A DNA stretch of 64,000 bases. It comes from Craspedostauros australis (Eukaryota). The DNA lies in contig JALAGF010000414.1 in the NCBI GenBank assembly GCA_030167865.1, positions 1 through 64,000 on the forward strand, written 5' to 3'. The position numbers and the translations under genes were made by a program. Below are positions 1-10,750 of the stretch, piece after piece. Within the stretch, counting starts at the first letter, position 1, and each line of letters opens with the position of its first letter. Under the pieces are notes generated by a model. It had not been told where the DNA came from, made no database searches, and saw nothing but the letters and a program-made list of their open reading frames with translations.

Positions 1-137
1 GCCCCAGGCAACATCATTCTTCACAGCGGATCCAGGAGCAGAAGCCTGATTGGTTTATTTGAAATCCTGTCAGCCAATGATATCAAAACACGAATGCACG
101 ATTACTTTGGGAATCAAGAAGAGCCGAACACAGGTCA

Positions 138-258
138 ACTCATCGATACACAAATTTCGCACGATCAAATCATCGATGCACAAATCATGCACGATCAAAT
201 CAACGATGCACAAACCATGCACAATTCAAATCAATGATGTACAATCCATGCATCATCT
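138..258. repeat. Degenerate tandem repeat, ~30-bp unit x4 (AAATCATCGATGCACAAATCATGCACGATC-like)
   Basis: Four consecutive diverged copies are visible in the sequence. Confidence 0.7.
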
Positions 259-617
259 GCTTATAATTTTGTTAGTCTCTTAGTTGCAAACTACCTCTCT
301 GAGTTACTAATAGTTTACAGAGCCAGGCAGTATCCTCTTCCAAATCAGTCGAATCTACTGCTGGAAAACAACACGTGGTCGTTCCGCTTGCGGCACTCTC
401 TTCAGCAGGTGCAAACCAACTTTCATCTTTTCACTCAACACGAGCGTTGGTGTTGAATCGGTGCATGACTCGACATGTGCGATGTGGCATTGGATTGATC
501 ACTCGTCATCTCATTGCACTATGACAGCACCGCGACTACTCGTATAGGTCTCACTATAAAGGAGTCTAAAGGCCCTCTTGATAAGCAATAGAGAATATCT
601 AATTGATATCATGTTGC

Positions 618-2816
618 TCAGACTTTGTCATCTGCGCTACTCCACTGCATGATGCGTTCACTCCTCAAGCGCCGTTGCTGGAGTGAACTGCTCCACTCCT
701 CTTCCTCAGCAGTGCCGTCCACCTCAATCACTTCGAATGATTTGGTACTCATAGAGCTGGTTCTCATGGAGCGGACGAAGATCACCAATGTCGCCCGATC
801 CATGTATGAATCCACTTGTGCTGTACCCTCATCCTCATCGACAACGTTGTACAGCTCCATCATGGACATACGACTGTACTCATCATCAATACCATCACTC
901 TCCATCCCCCACTGCACAGGACATGAATGCCTCTCATCAGTTGATGGTGTGGAATCAGCTTGCTGAAATCTGGATGAGTGAACATATCTTTCTCATTTTC
1001 AGCTGCCATTCTCATTGCCGCATCCTTCAACACCGCACAGTTGTGTTGATGGGCGAATATCAATGCATCTATCATGGTGCTCTTGGTGAGATGCTTGCGG
1101 GCCAACTCCGCTTCAAGAACAAGCTTGAGTCGCCAGAAGCCGAACTCGTTGGCCGCAAGGATCAGCTGTTGCAGATCGTCCTGTCCAGTGAGGGTGGGAG
1201 TTGGCTGGTGAGAGGCATCTGTATCGTGGTGAGCACTGGTGTGAGCGCTGATATGAGCGCCGACGCGAGCAGCAGCGTTGTCACGAACGCTGTCATGAAA
1301 GGATATCTTGGCTGTGTAGATGCATTGGAGGACGTATCGGACGTGTTTTGGTTGAAGGTTGGGAAGAGGGATGGTTGTTTGGATGGGGGCTGCACCGTCG
1401 TCAGTGCCATCATTCGTGTGGTGATGTTGGATTCCTTTGTCGATCAGTGTTTGAATGGATGGGACGGCGATGATGAGGGCTTCAGCGTTTGCCTTGATTG
1501 GTTGATGGTCGTCGCCCTGTCCACATACGAAGATGGTGTCTGGCCTGTTCTCGGTTTGGAAGGATCTGAGCTGGTCTTCTCCAATGCTGATGTTGGTCCT
1601 CTTGTGGCAACTGTGCTATTGTTCATTCTCTTGTTCCTTCAGCTTCAACTTCTGTCCCAAATGTTCTCGTGGTGGCTCATTCTCTTGCTCCTTCTGTTTC
1701 TCCTCTTCTTCCTCCCGGTCTGGCTGTTGTTGCAATTGTTCAATCTCTTGCTCATTTTGTTGCAAGCGTTGTTGCAGTTTATGGGTTGCAGTGGCTGGGA
1801 CGCTTCATGATCAATATCTTGATTTCGGTCTAATCTTCTGCATCGATCAAATCTTGGGGCGTTTTGTTCTTGTTATTTTGAATGTCGATATCGGCATTGA
1901 CTGATTCGATGAGGTACTCGATGCACTCCAGCTTCCCGTTCATGCATGCGAAATGAAGGGGAGTGTCACCATGGTTGTTTTGGCAGTTGATGTTTGCCTC
2001 ACATGATTCGATGAGGTACTTCACACACTCCAGGTGGCCATTGTAGCATGCCCAATGAAGAGGAGTCCAACCATAGTTGGTTTTGCTGTTGATGCTAGCA
2101 CCACATGATTCGATGAGGTACTTCACGCACTCCAGGTGGCTGTTTATGCATGCCCGATGAAGGGGAGTCCAACCATAGTTGGTTTTGCGGTTAATATTTG
2201 CCCCACATGATTCGATGAGGTACTTCACGCACTCCAGGTGGCCGTTGGAGCATGCCCGATGAAGGGGAGTGGAGCCATCGTTGTCTTCGCAGTTGATGTT
2301 CGTCCCACATGATTCGATGAGATACTTCACACACTCCAGCTTCCCACAATCGCATGCGTGATGAAGGGGTGTGGAATCACGGTTGTTTTGGCAGTTGATG
2401 TTCGCCCCACATGATTTGATGAGGTACTTCACACACTCCAGGTGGCCGTTGTGGCATGCATCATGAAGGGGAGTGGACCCAAAGTCATCTTTGCAGTTGG
2501 CGTCGGCCCCACATGATTTGATGAGGTACTTCACACACTCCAGCTTGCCACGGTCGCATGCGTGATGAAGGGGAGTGAGACCATGGTTGTCTTCGCAGTT
2601 GATGTTTGTCCCACATGATTCGATGAGGTACTTGGCACACTCCAGCTGGCCCTCGAGGCATGCGTGATGAAGGGGAGTATGACCAATCCCGTCTGTAACC
2701 TTGTTGACATCGACTCTTTCGTTCTGCGTCTTCTTCTGCTTCTTCCATTTCTTCAGCACCGACAAGTCACCTGCCTTGACAGCATCAAGGAGTTGTCGGT
2801 CCGTGACATTTGGCAT
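618..2816 (-). pseudogene. Ankyrin-repeat / coiled-coil / BTB-POZ gene, disrupted downstream of the ankyrin array
   Basis: ATG at 2816 opens a 328-aa ankyrin ORF ending at TAG 1832-1830. After a frameshift near 1800-1810 the reading continues as a Q/E-rich coil with another TAG at 1618-1616. BTB-like sequence follows (PDTIFVCG...VLQCIYTAKI...LILAANEFGFWRLKLVLEAEL...ALIFAHQHNCAVLKDAAM). A likely frameshifted tail occupies 618-917. Confidence 0.75.
1830..2816 (-). CDS. Ankyrin repeat ORF (8 TPLH repeats); intact 5' part of the broken ANK-BTB gene
   Basis: Eight 33-aa repeats of the form GxTPLHxACxxGxLECVKYLIESCGANIN, encoded by near-identical 99-bp DNA units. Confidence 0.8.
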   Translation of the reverse strand: MPNVTDRQLLDAVKAGDLSVLKKWKKQKKTQNERVDVNKVTDGIGHTPLHHACLEGQLECAKYLIESCGTNINCEDNHGLTPLHHACDRGKLECVKYLIKSCGADANCKDDFGSTPLHDACHNGHLECVKYLIKSCGANINCQNNRDSTPLHHACDCGKLECVKYLIESCGTNINCEDNDGSTPLHRACSNGHLECVKYLIESCGANINRKTNYGWTPLHRACINSHLECVKYLIESCGASINSKTNYGWTPLHWACYNGHLECVKYLIESCEANINCQNNHGDTPLHFACMNGKLECIEYLIESVNADIDIQNNKNKTPQDLIDAED

Positions 2817-3786
2817 TTTGAGAGGATGGTCGATGGTTGCTGGTCGATTGACGTTGGACGATTGACGTTGGATTGGCCGTCGAGGTGATGAATATGAGTA
2901 GCGATTCGATGTGTGTTGTTGATGTGGTCGAGTATGAGGTTGTTTGGTGTGTGCGTTTGCCTGTGTTTGTCTCCTTCTTGCCCTTCTGGTTTGTCTGGTC
3001 TGGATCCTTCTGTTCCCATCCGCGGCAGAAACGCACACAGACAACAACAAGAAAGAAACACCGCAGCAGTGTTCTGTTGCGTCACATCGTTGAAACGAGA
3101 ATCTTCGACTGATTCGACTACGAGTAAAATCATCGAACAAGATCAACGACTGTTTGGACATCTGTCGAAGCACAACGAATGCGAGAGATCATTGTTTGCT
3201 ATCTTCGACTCGTGTTTGGCAGATGTCACATCGAGATGGATGCATCATGCAATATGATTGGTCAAGGACCGACACAGTATGACACGAAAGTGACATGCGA
3301 GCTCATGTTTGGTGGTCTTGGTAGTTGGGGTAGAATGTCATAATATTACATAATAGTTCCGGGGCTGGCGCGAACACTGCGACAGAACGAGACGTCACCG
3401 CTTCCGAAAACGGTATCGCTGCGAAGCTCTGTGACAATAGTGTGACATTCGCCTTGTTGAGTCGATCGAGTCATTCGGCTTGACGTCGCGACCAATTGTA
3501 AAAAATCCAGAACAACGAAGATCAGGCCAGAAGGAAATCTTTCGCCCCAACAACAGAAATCAGAACAGAAAACCACGGTGCGAAGCAGGCAACAACGCAC
3601 GAAATCGTGAGCAACAGGCGCATGTTTGTGCACTGATGGCATGCAGATTCGGCCATGTGAGGAGGCGGCGTGGCAGATTGTTGAGATGGTGAGAAGTGAG
3701 AGTCATAAAAGCAACAAAGCGACATTGTCAAGAGCAAAGCCAGCAGCAGCAACAACAACAGCAACAAGAACACACTTGATCTTAAG

Positions 3787-4815
3787 ATGGTGCAATCATC
3801 CAACCACGACGCAGAATACGACCAGAAGACCCAATGGTTCCAAGACTTCGAGCCCAAGCTGCCGAGCTTGGAGGGCAAGACCATCGCCATCACAGGATGC
3901 ACTTCTGGAACCGGCTTCATCGTGGCCCGCACCTGCATCAAGAAGAACGCCACCAACGTCCTCCTTCTGAACCGTAAGTCGTCCCGCTCGGACCGTGCCG
4001 AGGAGGATCTCAAGAAGTTCGCCAAAGAGTCCGGCTTCACCACGTCCAACATCGAGACCATCATCTGCGATCTGCAGGACTTCGCCTCCGTGCGCGAGGC
4101 CGCCTCCACCATCAAGTCCAAGTTCGATGCCATCGACGTGTTGTGCAACAATGCCGGCGTCATGGCGTTGGAGGACTACGCCACCAAGGACGGATACGAC
4201 GTTCAGATGCAGACCAACCATCTCTCCCACTTCCTGCTCACCAAGGAGCTCTTCCCGCTGCTCCAACAGGCCGAGAAAGTGCGTGGTGAGGCTCGCATCG
4301 TCCACCACACCTCCGGCGCTCGCCGAACCCCCTCCACACCGCTCAAGGCCGAATACCTCGAGGCCAACGGCGGCGACCTCGGCGGCAACGGCAGCAGCAT
4401 GTTTTGCGGCGGTGCCCGCTGGGAACGCTACCACCAGTCCAAGCTGGCCAACTCCGTCTTCACCAATGCGTTGAAGCAAAAGCTCGTGGGCACCAATATC
4501 AAGGCTTCTGTTGCGGCACCGGGATTGGCCGCGACCAACCTCCAGACCACCACTGGCAAGGCCGGTGGCATGGGCAGCGGGTCCTGGTTCATGCAATTCG
4601 CCCAGTCCGCGGAGGACGGCACCATGCCCCTCCTGGCCGCCTGCTTCGACCCTTCCACCGAGAATGGCGACCTGTGGGAACCCGCCAACCGATACAGCAC
4701 GCAGGGACCACCCACCAAGGTGCCGTACGACAACCTCACCGCCAGCCAGGATGCTGTGGAGCTGATTTGGGAAAAGTCCGAAGAGGCCTGCGGTGTCTTC
4801 AAGATCGGCGCGTAA
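3787..4815 (+). CDS. Short-chain dehydrogenase/reductase (retinol dehydrogenase/WWOX-like)
   Basis: TGCTSGTG, CDL, NNAG, TNHLSHFLL and YHQSK motifs; intronless 342 aa with GC3-rich codons. Confidence 0.93.
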   Translation: MVQSSNHDAEYDQKTQWFQDFEPKLPSLEGKTIAITGCTSGTGFIVARTCIKKNATNVLLLNRKSSRSDRAEEDLKKFAKESGFTTSNIETIICDLQDFASVREAASTIKSKFDAIDVLCNNAGVMALEDYATKDGYDVQMQTNHLSHFLLTKELFPLLQQAEKVRGEARIVHHTSGARRTPSTPLKAEYLEANGGDLGGNGSSMFCGGARWERYHQSKLANSVFTNALKQKLVGTNIKASVAAPGLAATNLQTTTGKAGGMGSGSWFMQFAQSAEDGTMPLLAACFDPSTENGDLWEPANRYSTQGPPTKVPYDNLTASQDAVELIWEKSEEACGVFKIGA

Positions 4816-5460
4816 GCGAATGAATCTTAGCGACAGTGCTCTTCGCGTCGAGGTTTGTGCGAACACAATAGTGCTACAGGCGTAGTGAAACAAGTCAGAT
4901 TGCCGACTGAGCACGGAGCATGAAAGTGTCATGCAGATAGCACAATGCCATGTTTAAAGAAGCAAACAGTTGTTAAAAATACGAAACAGTTGAACAATCG
5001 GTCGTAGTCTGATCGTTATCATTGCCAATGCACACACGACAGATACGGTGGTATGCGTAGCATGGCCATAGTTCCCAGATCTATCACGACCAAGTGTAGA
5101 GCGCTCGCATGGTGTATTGGAGTTATTCTTGAGTCTACCCGCATTGTTAAGGACAGTAGAATATCATACAAAGTGTACATTCTTCTTGGCACCGATACTC
5201 CTTGCGTTGTCTTCTCTTGCTTGTCAACGGACCCATGTCTTCGGCACTGTATCAAGTTTGTCGTGCGCCATCCTTGCCATGCATACTCGTATAAGTAGCA
5301 ATGAGGAGCGCTCCGAAAATAGAGCAGAGTAGGCAATGCCACTCTACCTGATCAAACCGTCATTCCATTTGCCTCCGATCTCTGATTCCGTCGCACAAAC
5401 CTTGCTGATGATGATGCTCTCATCCGTTTCGCATTTCGCATTCTGCGCTATTTCTTTGGT

Positions 5461-6348
5461 CTACTCCGTCACAAATTTGTGTCCCACCGACTCGCGCTTC
5501 TCCAACAGTTCCTCGATGTCGGCTTCGATGGAGATTGGATCCACCTGCTGCGGATAAAAGTGCACCGCAATTCCATTCTCGTCGACCAGATACTTGAAGA
5601 AGTTATGGCGCACCTTCGCACCTGGCATCTGCTTCCGCAAGGCTTGGTACACGGTGTTGTCTTCCAGGGACGACAATCCGAAGATGGGGAAATCGACCTG
5701 CGGAAAATGGTCCGACAGGAATTGGGCGATCTCTGCGTTGGAACCCAACTCCTGGCGGAAGTCGTTGGTGGGGAAGGCGAGGACTGCGAAGCCGCGATCG
5801 TTGTACTTGTGTTGCAGCTGCGCCAGTTGTTGGTAAGTGACGGAGGTCTTGCCTCACAGACATGCGACGTTGACGACCAGCGTGATGAGTCCGTGCAGGT
5901 CGTTCAACGCCATCGGGTTGCCTTGGGCGTCGTCGACGGTTTGGCTGTAGATGGAATGGGGTGGCAGGAACTTCGGAATTGTCAGACCGTTGTGTTCTTG
6001 GTCGTTGTTGTTGTTGCTGCTGATGCCGCTGCCATTCTCGTTGATACCATCGCCATTATTGATATGATTGGCATCCATCGGTTCCAGATTGCGCCGATCC
6101 GCTGCAGCATTGACACCGCGCACGATGGATCGACGCCGCCGCACAGATGGCGGCGCGCGCATGTCCGTGAAGCGATTGTACTTGGCAATGGCCGCCAACG
6201 CAACGAAGCAAAGCATGCCGCACAGCACGACTATGCTGCGCGTGCGTCCTTCCTTCTCGCGCCGCAGCTTGCTGCCCTTTTCGCCATCGTCAACGACATC
6301 GCTGGTGGAACGAGAAGCGCTCACGGCGGATCCCGCCTTGCGCAGCAT
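5461..6348 (-). CDS. GPX: Glutathione peroxidase, probable selenoprotein (UGA 5856-5854 read as Sec), N-terminal membrane anchor, 295 aa
   Basis: ORFs 5854-6348 and 5461-5748 share one frame. The reading is VVNVACL-TGA-GKTSVTYQQLAQLQHKYNDRGFAVLAFPTNDFRQE...HNFFKYLVDENG, with TGA at the catalytic position. Confidence 0.9.
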
Positions 6349-7201
6349 GGGAGGTCGTGGCTGGGCAGTCGAAACGGAGGTGAAAGTGAAAGGGGTGATG
6401 CACTAGTCGATCAGACCAGATTTGATCGGATGAGACGCCTCGCAGCACCGTTCCTTCGATCGTCGATCGAGAAGCTACGACTATGAATGTGGTGTGGATG
6501 ATCTTGGCGAACTGTTTCGTTTGTGGATGGTCTTTGTGCGGGATCTGGTCAAGATGTGTGTGCCTGTCATTTGGCAGAACAATTCGATCTTCTTGGCAGG
6601 ATCTGTGGCGATTGGCATTTTGGGACTGAACAAGTTCCTCAGAAGATCCGAACCTCGGTTGGGCGGAATGCAGAGCGCGTATTTCGACAACTATGGGTAC
6701 GAGCAATGTCACGGAGATAGTGGAGGATAGAAGTGTATGGACTCTCTCTACAGTCTCTACAGAGAGTGATGCCGATAGAGCATGCCCGCAAGGTGGTACT
6801 CATTGGTGTCAACAGTCATGCAGCTGTTTGTTGTTGGTTGGTTGATTCGTGTACATTTGCCTTGCTCTGTTTATCGATTGTGTTGTTGCCATCGAACTCT
6901 AGATGCTTGCTGTGTCGAATGGTGGTGTTTGGTCGCTTGAGCGATGGATTGATTCTACAAGTAGAGAGTAAGGTATGCGCATGCTTTCCACTTCGCTCAT
7001 CATCTGCAAGGAGATCAATTCACATATCCATCCATCCATCCATTCGTCATTCCTTCCTTCTTTCCTTCCCATCAATCCACTCATCTATCTCAAAACACCA
7101 ACACCCACGCCATTCCATCCACCACCCACCAGCGATTCGCTTTCTCGCTCCTCTGTTGCGCGCGCTCAACAACATCCAACTCTTTCCAGATTGCCCGCCG
7201 T

Positions 7202-8258
7202 CTACTTCTTTCCGTACGAAAGCTTCAAGTTGTCTTTCGTCGTCAACTGGAATCCATTCAACTGCCCCAACGCAACGGTGGCCTGCGCTTCCGTCTCAAA
7301 CTCCACAAACGCCAATCCCGCACGCGGCATGCGAACCTCCTTGAATCCACCGTACTGACGGAACAGCATGGAGAGCATCATCTCGTTGCACTCCGCTGGC
7401 AGATCCTTCGCGAACAGAATATGTGACGGCGGTTCGGCCGGAGCAGTGGTCGCCTCCGCCGCATCCTCCTCCACGGCATCCTGCTCCGTGGTGTTGGCCT
7501 GCTGCGAGGATTGCTGGGATTGTTCCTGCGCTCGCTGCATGGCGCGCTTGGCCTTTGGCACGTAGGTACCATCGCGCTTGGCGATGCGATCCGACTTTTC
7601 GTTCGCGTATGCCAATTTGAGGTCCTTGCCGAAGAAGCCGAAACCCTGCTCGGCCTGCAGGGCGGCCGTGGCCGATTGGACGCTGTCGAAGATCACCCAT
7701 GCCTGTCCGCGCAGTCCTTCGCGGCGCAGGGTGATGATTTCGATGACCTGTGTTTTACACACCATCGCAGTTGCGATTGCAGTTGTGAATGGTGACGGGA
7801 GTGCGGTAGCATTGTAGTGTGTCAGTACTCGTATTCCTATTGAGATTGAGACCGAGGTCCATTGATGATGAGTTCATGTGTTGATGGTCGCAGCATCGAT
7901 CGATTGGTCGATTGTTGGATTGGTCCGAGCGTGTATCATTGAACATGCATGAACATAAATCATGAACTTGACACTTGCATACCATACACTCACGCACATG
8001 CATCCCAGGAAGACGACCTGTGCAAATGGGAGCAGATGAATCAGCGGACGTCCACAAACGACCAGGAAACCAAGCAATCCATCATTTGCGCAGCAGCTAA
8101 CACAGCACATCAATAGTAGAGCAACACGCCTTGTCTGCACTCACCTTTCCATGCCTCGTGAACAAGGAATACAGTGCCCGTCGCAGCAGAGGCTTCTTCA
8201 CCTTCCAATCGATGTTGGCAATGTAGAGCGTCGGATTGGGCGTTGCGATGGCTGCCAT
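7202..8258 (-). CDS. SNRPA: U1A / U2B'' snRNP protein (two RRMs); exons 8258-8145, 7747-7202
   Basis: PNPTLYIANIDWKVKKPLLRRALYSLF..HGK|VIEIITLRREGLRGQAWVIF; second RRM PPSHILF...LFRQYGGFKEVRM; GT-AG intron in phase 0. Confidence 0.9.
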
Positions 8259-8960
8259 TGTGTTAGAGTGGATCGCTTGTTGTATTGCAGATTGTTACAG
8301 CGATGGAGCAGCAGAGTGGTTCAGCAGAGAAGCTCAGTGCGGTTATTGCTCACGTTGGATGCAGAAGGCTTGAGTCTCAAGGGATGTCGTCCGCCTTCGT
8401 CTTCATCCACTCGTAGTCTTATCTCATCACTGTCACCAAGAGATGCCTATGTGCATGCCATGTCGGGTGCAGCGGCGGACGATGATGCCATCCTCTCCCA
8501 TCCATCACGCGGTTGCTTCCTCTCATTTTCGTGTGCGGAAAAAGTTTCGTTGGTTGCTTGGTTTGTTTGGTGAAATTGTTGACGCGACGATGGCAAGACG
8601 GTGTTGTGGACAGTCGACTCGTGTGACTAAAGACCTCTTGATGCTGGTGGTAGAGCTCGTGGGCATACTCGATGGACATCTGCGGTGTTCGATCACGATC
8701 TTTCGTTGAAACAACGGCGTCGACCATGGCGCCAACGCTCAGATCTTTCCGTTCGCGCTCTCACGCGAGGAGCACCAACACGAGCACAGAGGAAAGCGAA
8801 AGTCTCCAACACAGCCACTGCACTCGCAACCGGCACAAGCAAAAGGAGACGGACAACAAGAAGGAAGAAGCCAGACCAGACAGCACTTCCCACACTCTAC
8901 ACCAAACCAAATCAAACCAAGACAGTATCAGATACACTCCCTTCATCTAATTTTGCAACC

Positions 8961-10384
8961 ATGTACTTGACGAGATCCGAATACGATCGTGGCGTGAACA
9001 CCTTCTCTCCAGAAGGACGCCTCTTCCAGGTGGGTGCAATGTCGCCTTTGTTGCGGCTCTGTGGCTCTGCGGTGTTGGTGTGAGAGTCGCGAACGCTTCC
9101 ACTCCTGGTCCAGGTCCTGGCTCCGGTCTTCGCCTTGCGGTGTGATCATCTGCGGAGCATGCGCAGATGCATGAGCGAAAGGAACTGGTGTCGACCGAGG
9201 TCAACGTGGAAGTCCTCGGGTTCATGCTCTGAACACTTGTTGCAGAGTATGCGCAGCGGAACCATGTTGTGGAGATACATGCAACCCACGCCAAGACTGC
9301 ATCATGCAGCAACGATCTCACAACACCGTCTTCATCCCTTGCTTCCCTCCTTCGTTTCCATTTCATGTTCTCCCAATGTCCTTCAACCGTGACCACCAAA
9401 TCACACTCCATTTCATCACGAATCAAAGGTCGAATACGCCATCGAGGCCATCAAGCTGGGAAGTACTGCCATCGGAATCCAGACCAAGGAAGGATGCGTG
9501 CTGGCCGTCGAAAAGAGATTGTCATCTCCGCTGCTTGACCCAACATCCGTGGAGAAGATCGCGGAAGTCGATTCTCACATCGGTGCTGCCATGTCTGGAT
9601 TGGTGGCCGATGCACGAACATTGGTGGATCACGCGCGTGTTGAGGCGCAGAATCACACATTCACCTACGATGAACCCATCGGTGTGGAACCATTGACGCA
9701 GGGTGAGTTGATTGCATATGGTCTTGCGCATCAAAGGGTTACGTTCCAATCGTAGTTGAAGGCGCTGATGCCTTGCATATGCGCTTGTGCTTGTGCCAGT
9801 AGCTCTTCCATCGGTGCTCCCATTCCATCCATCAGTTGCATCGCATTCTTCCAACTCACACATTCACATACGCACTCATACACATTCTCCCTCTTTCTGT
9901 CTTCACCTACATGATGTTCCATCAACTGCACTCTTCCAATGTCTCTGTCGGGAACGCAGCCGTTTGTGACTTGGCATTGAGTTTCGGTGAGGGCAGCGAT
10001 GGTGACAACGACCGAAAACGCATGTCCAGACCGTTCGGTGTCGCGCTCCTCCTTGCCGGGTACGACGACCGCAAGGGATGCCAGCTCTACTTCAGTGACC
10101 CGTCAGGTACATTCGTCCGGTACAAGGCGAAGGCCATTGGAGCTGGAAGCGAAGGTGCCCAATCCAACCTGGAAGAATCATATAGCGAGACCCTCACCCT
10201 CCAGGAGGCGGAGGACTTGGCCTTGTCAACGCTGAAGCAGGTAATGGAGGAAAAGATCTCAACAGACAACATCGAACTGGCGCGGGTCACACCAAAGGAG
10301 GGATTTCACATTGCGACGCCCGCGGAAGTTGCGACTGTGTTGGAGCGAATGGCAGCAGCAGCTGCCGCCGCCGTGTCGTCCTAA
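8961..10384 (+). CDS. PSMA5: 20S proteasome subunit alpha type-5; exons 8961-9029, 9429-9702, 9960-10384
   Basis: [39 protein letters not shown]...[10 protein letters not shown]...[10 protein letters not shown]; splice phases are consistent. Confidence 0.96.
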
Positions 10385-10750
10385 ACGCTCTAGAGAGAGT
10401 ATGAGTACATGCAGATGACAACACGATGGTGATGCCAGTGGAGGATAACAAGTAAAGAACGATTGGAACATTGTCCTGCGTATTTCTGTCACCTTCAAGC
10501 ATGGCATTGTACCGTTGCATCTTTTAAGAGTCCTCAGAGTGAACTGTTTCAAGCGTCTGCTCACCTTTTGTGGGATGTCAAGCGGGCAGGCACGCGGCTG
10601 ACTGGCGGGTACTATTCACGGCAGGACACAATACGAGTAGACTATTGTAACAACAGAGCAACCATGCGATAAGTTCAAGCAACTGCATCTCTCTCCGTCT
10701 CTCTCACTAGTTTGCTTGCGTCTCTCAGTTTGCTCTATTTCGCACTTTGT

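Noticed and set aside
138-258. 30-bp repeats as a possible CRISPR-like array
   Set aside because: The units are contiguous with no unique spacers, the context is eukaryotic, and no cas genes are present.
788-1810. 340-aa + strand ORF with a Leu/Phe-rich, TM-like end
   Set aside because: It is the antisense of the Q/E/K coil and BTB region of the broken ANK-BTB gene.
2817-3173. N-terminal extension of the ankyrin ORF
   Set aside because: It reads like CA-rich 5'UTR/promoter sequence; the ATG at 2816 directly precedes the first ankyrin-like helix.
3796-4932. 378-aa antisense ORF over the SDR gene (similar ones at 5479-6486, 16193-16996, 21692-22456, 31223-32302, 42063-42815)
   Set aside because: These are shadow ORFs expected from GC3-rich codon bias on the opposite strand and carry no recognisable motifs.
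6494-6730. Small membrane-protein-like ORF divergent from GPx
   Set aside because: The called start is GTG with no in-frame ATG upstream before a stop, and I recognise no homology.
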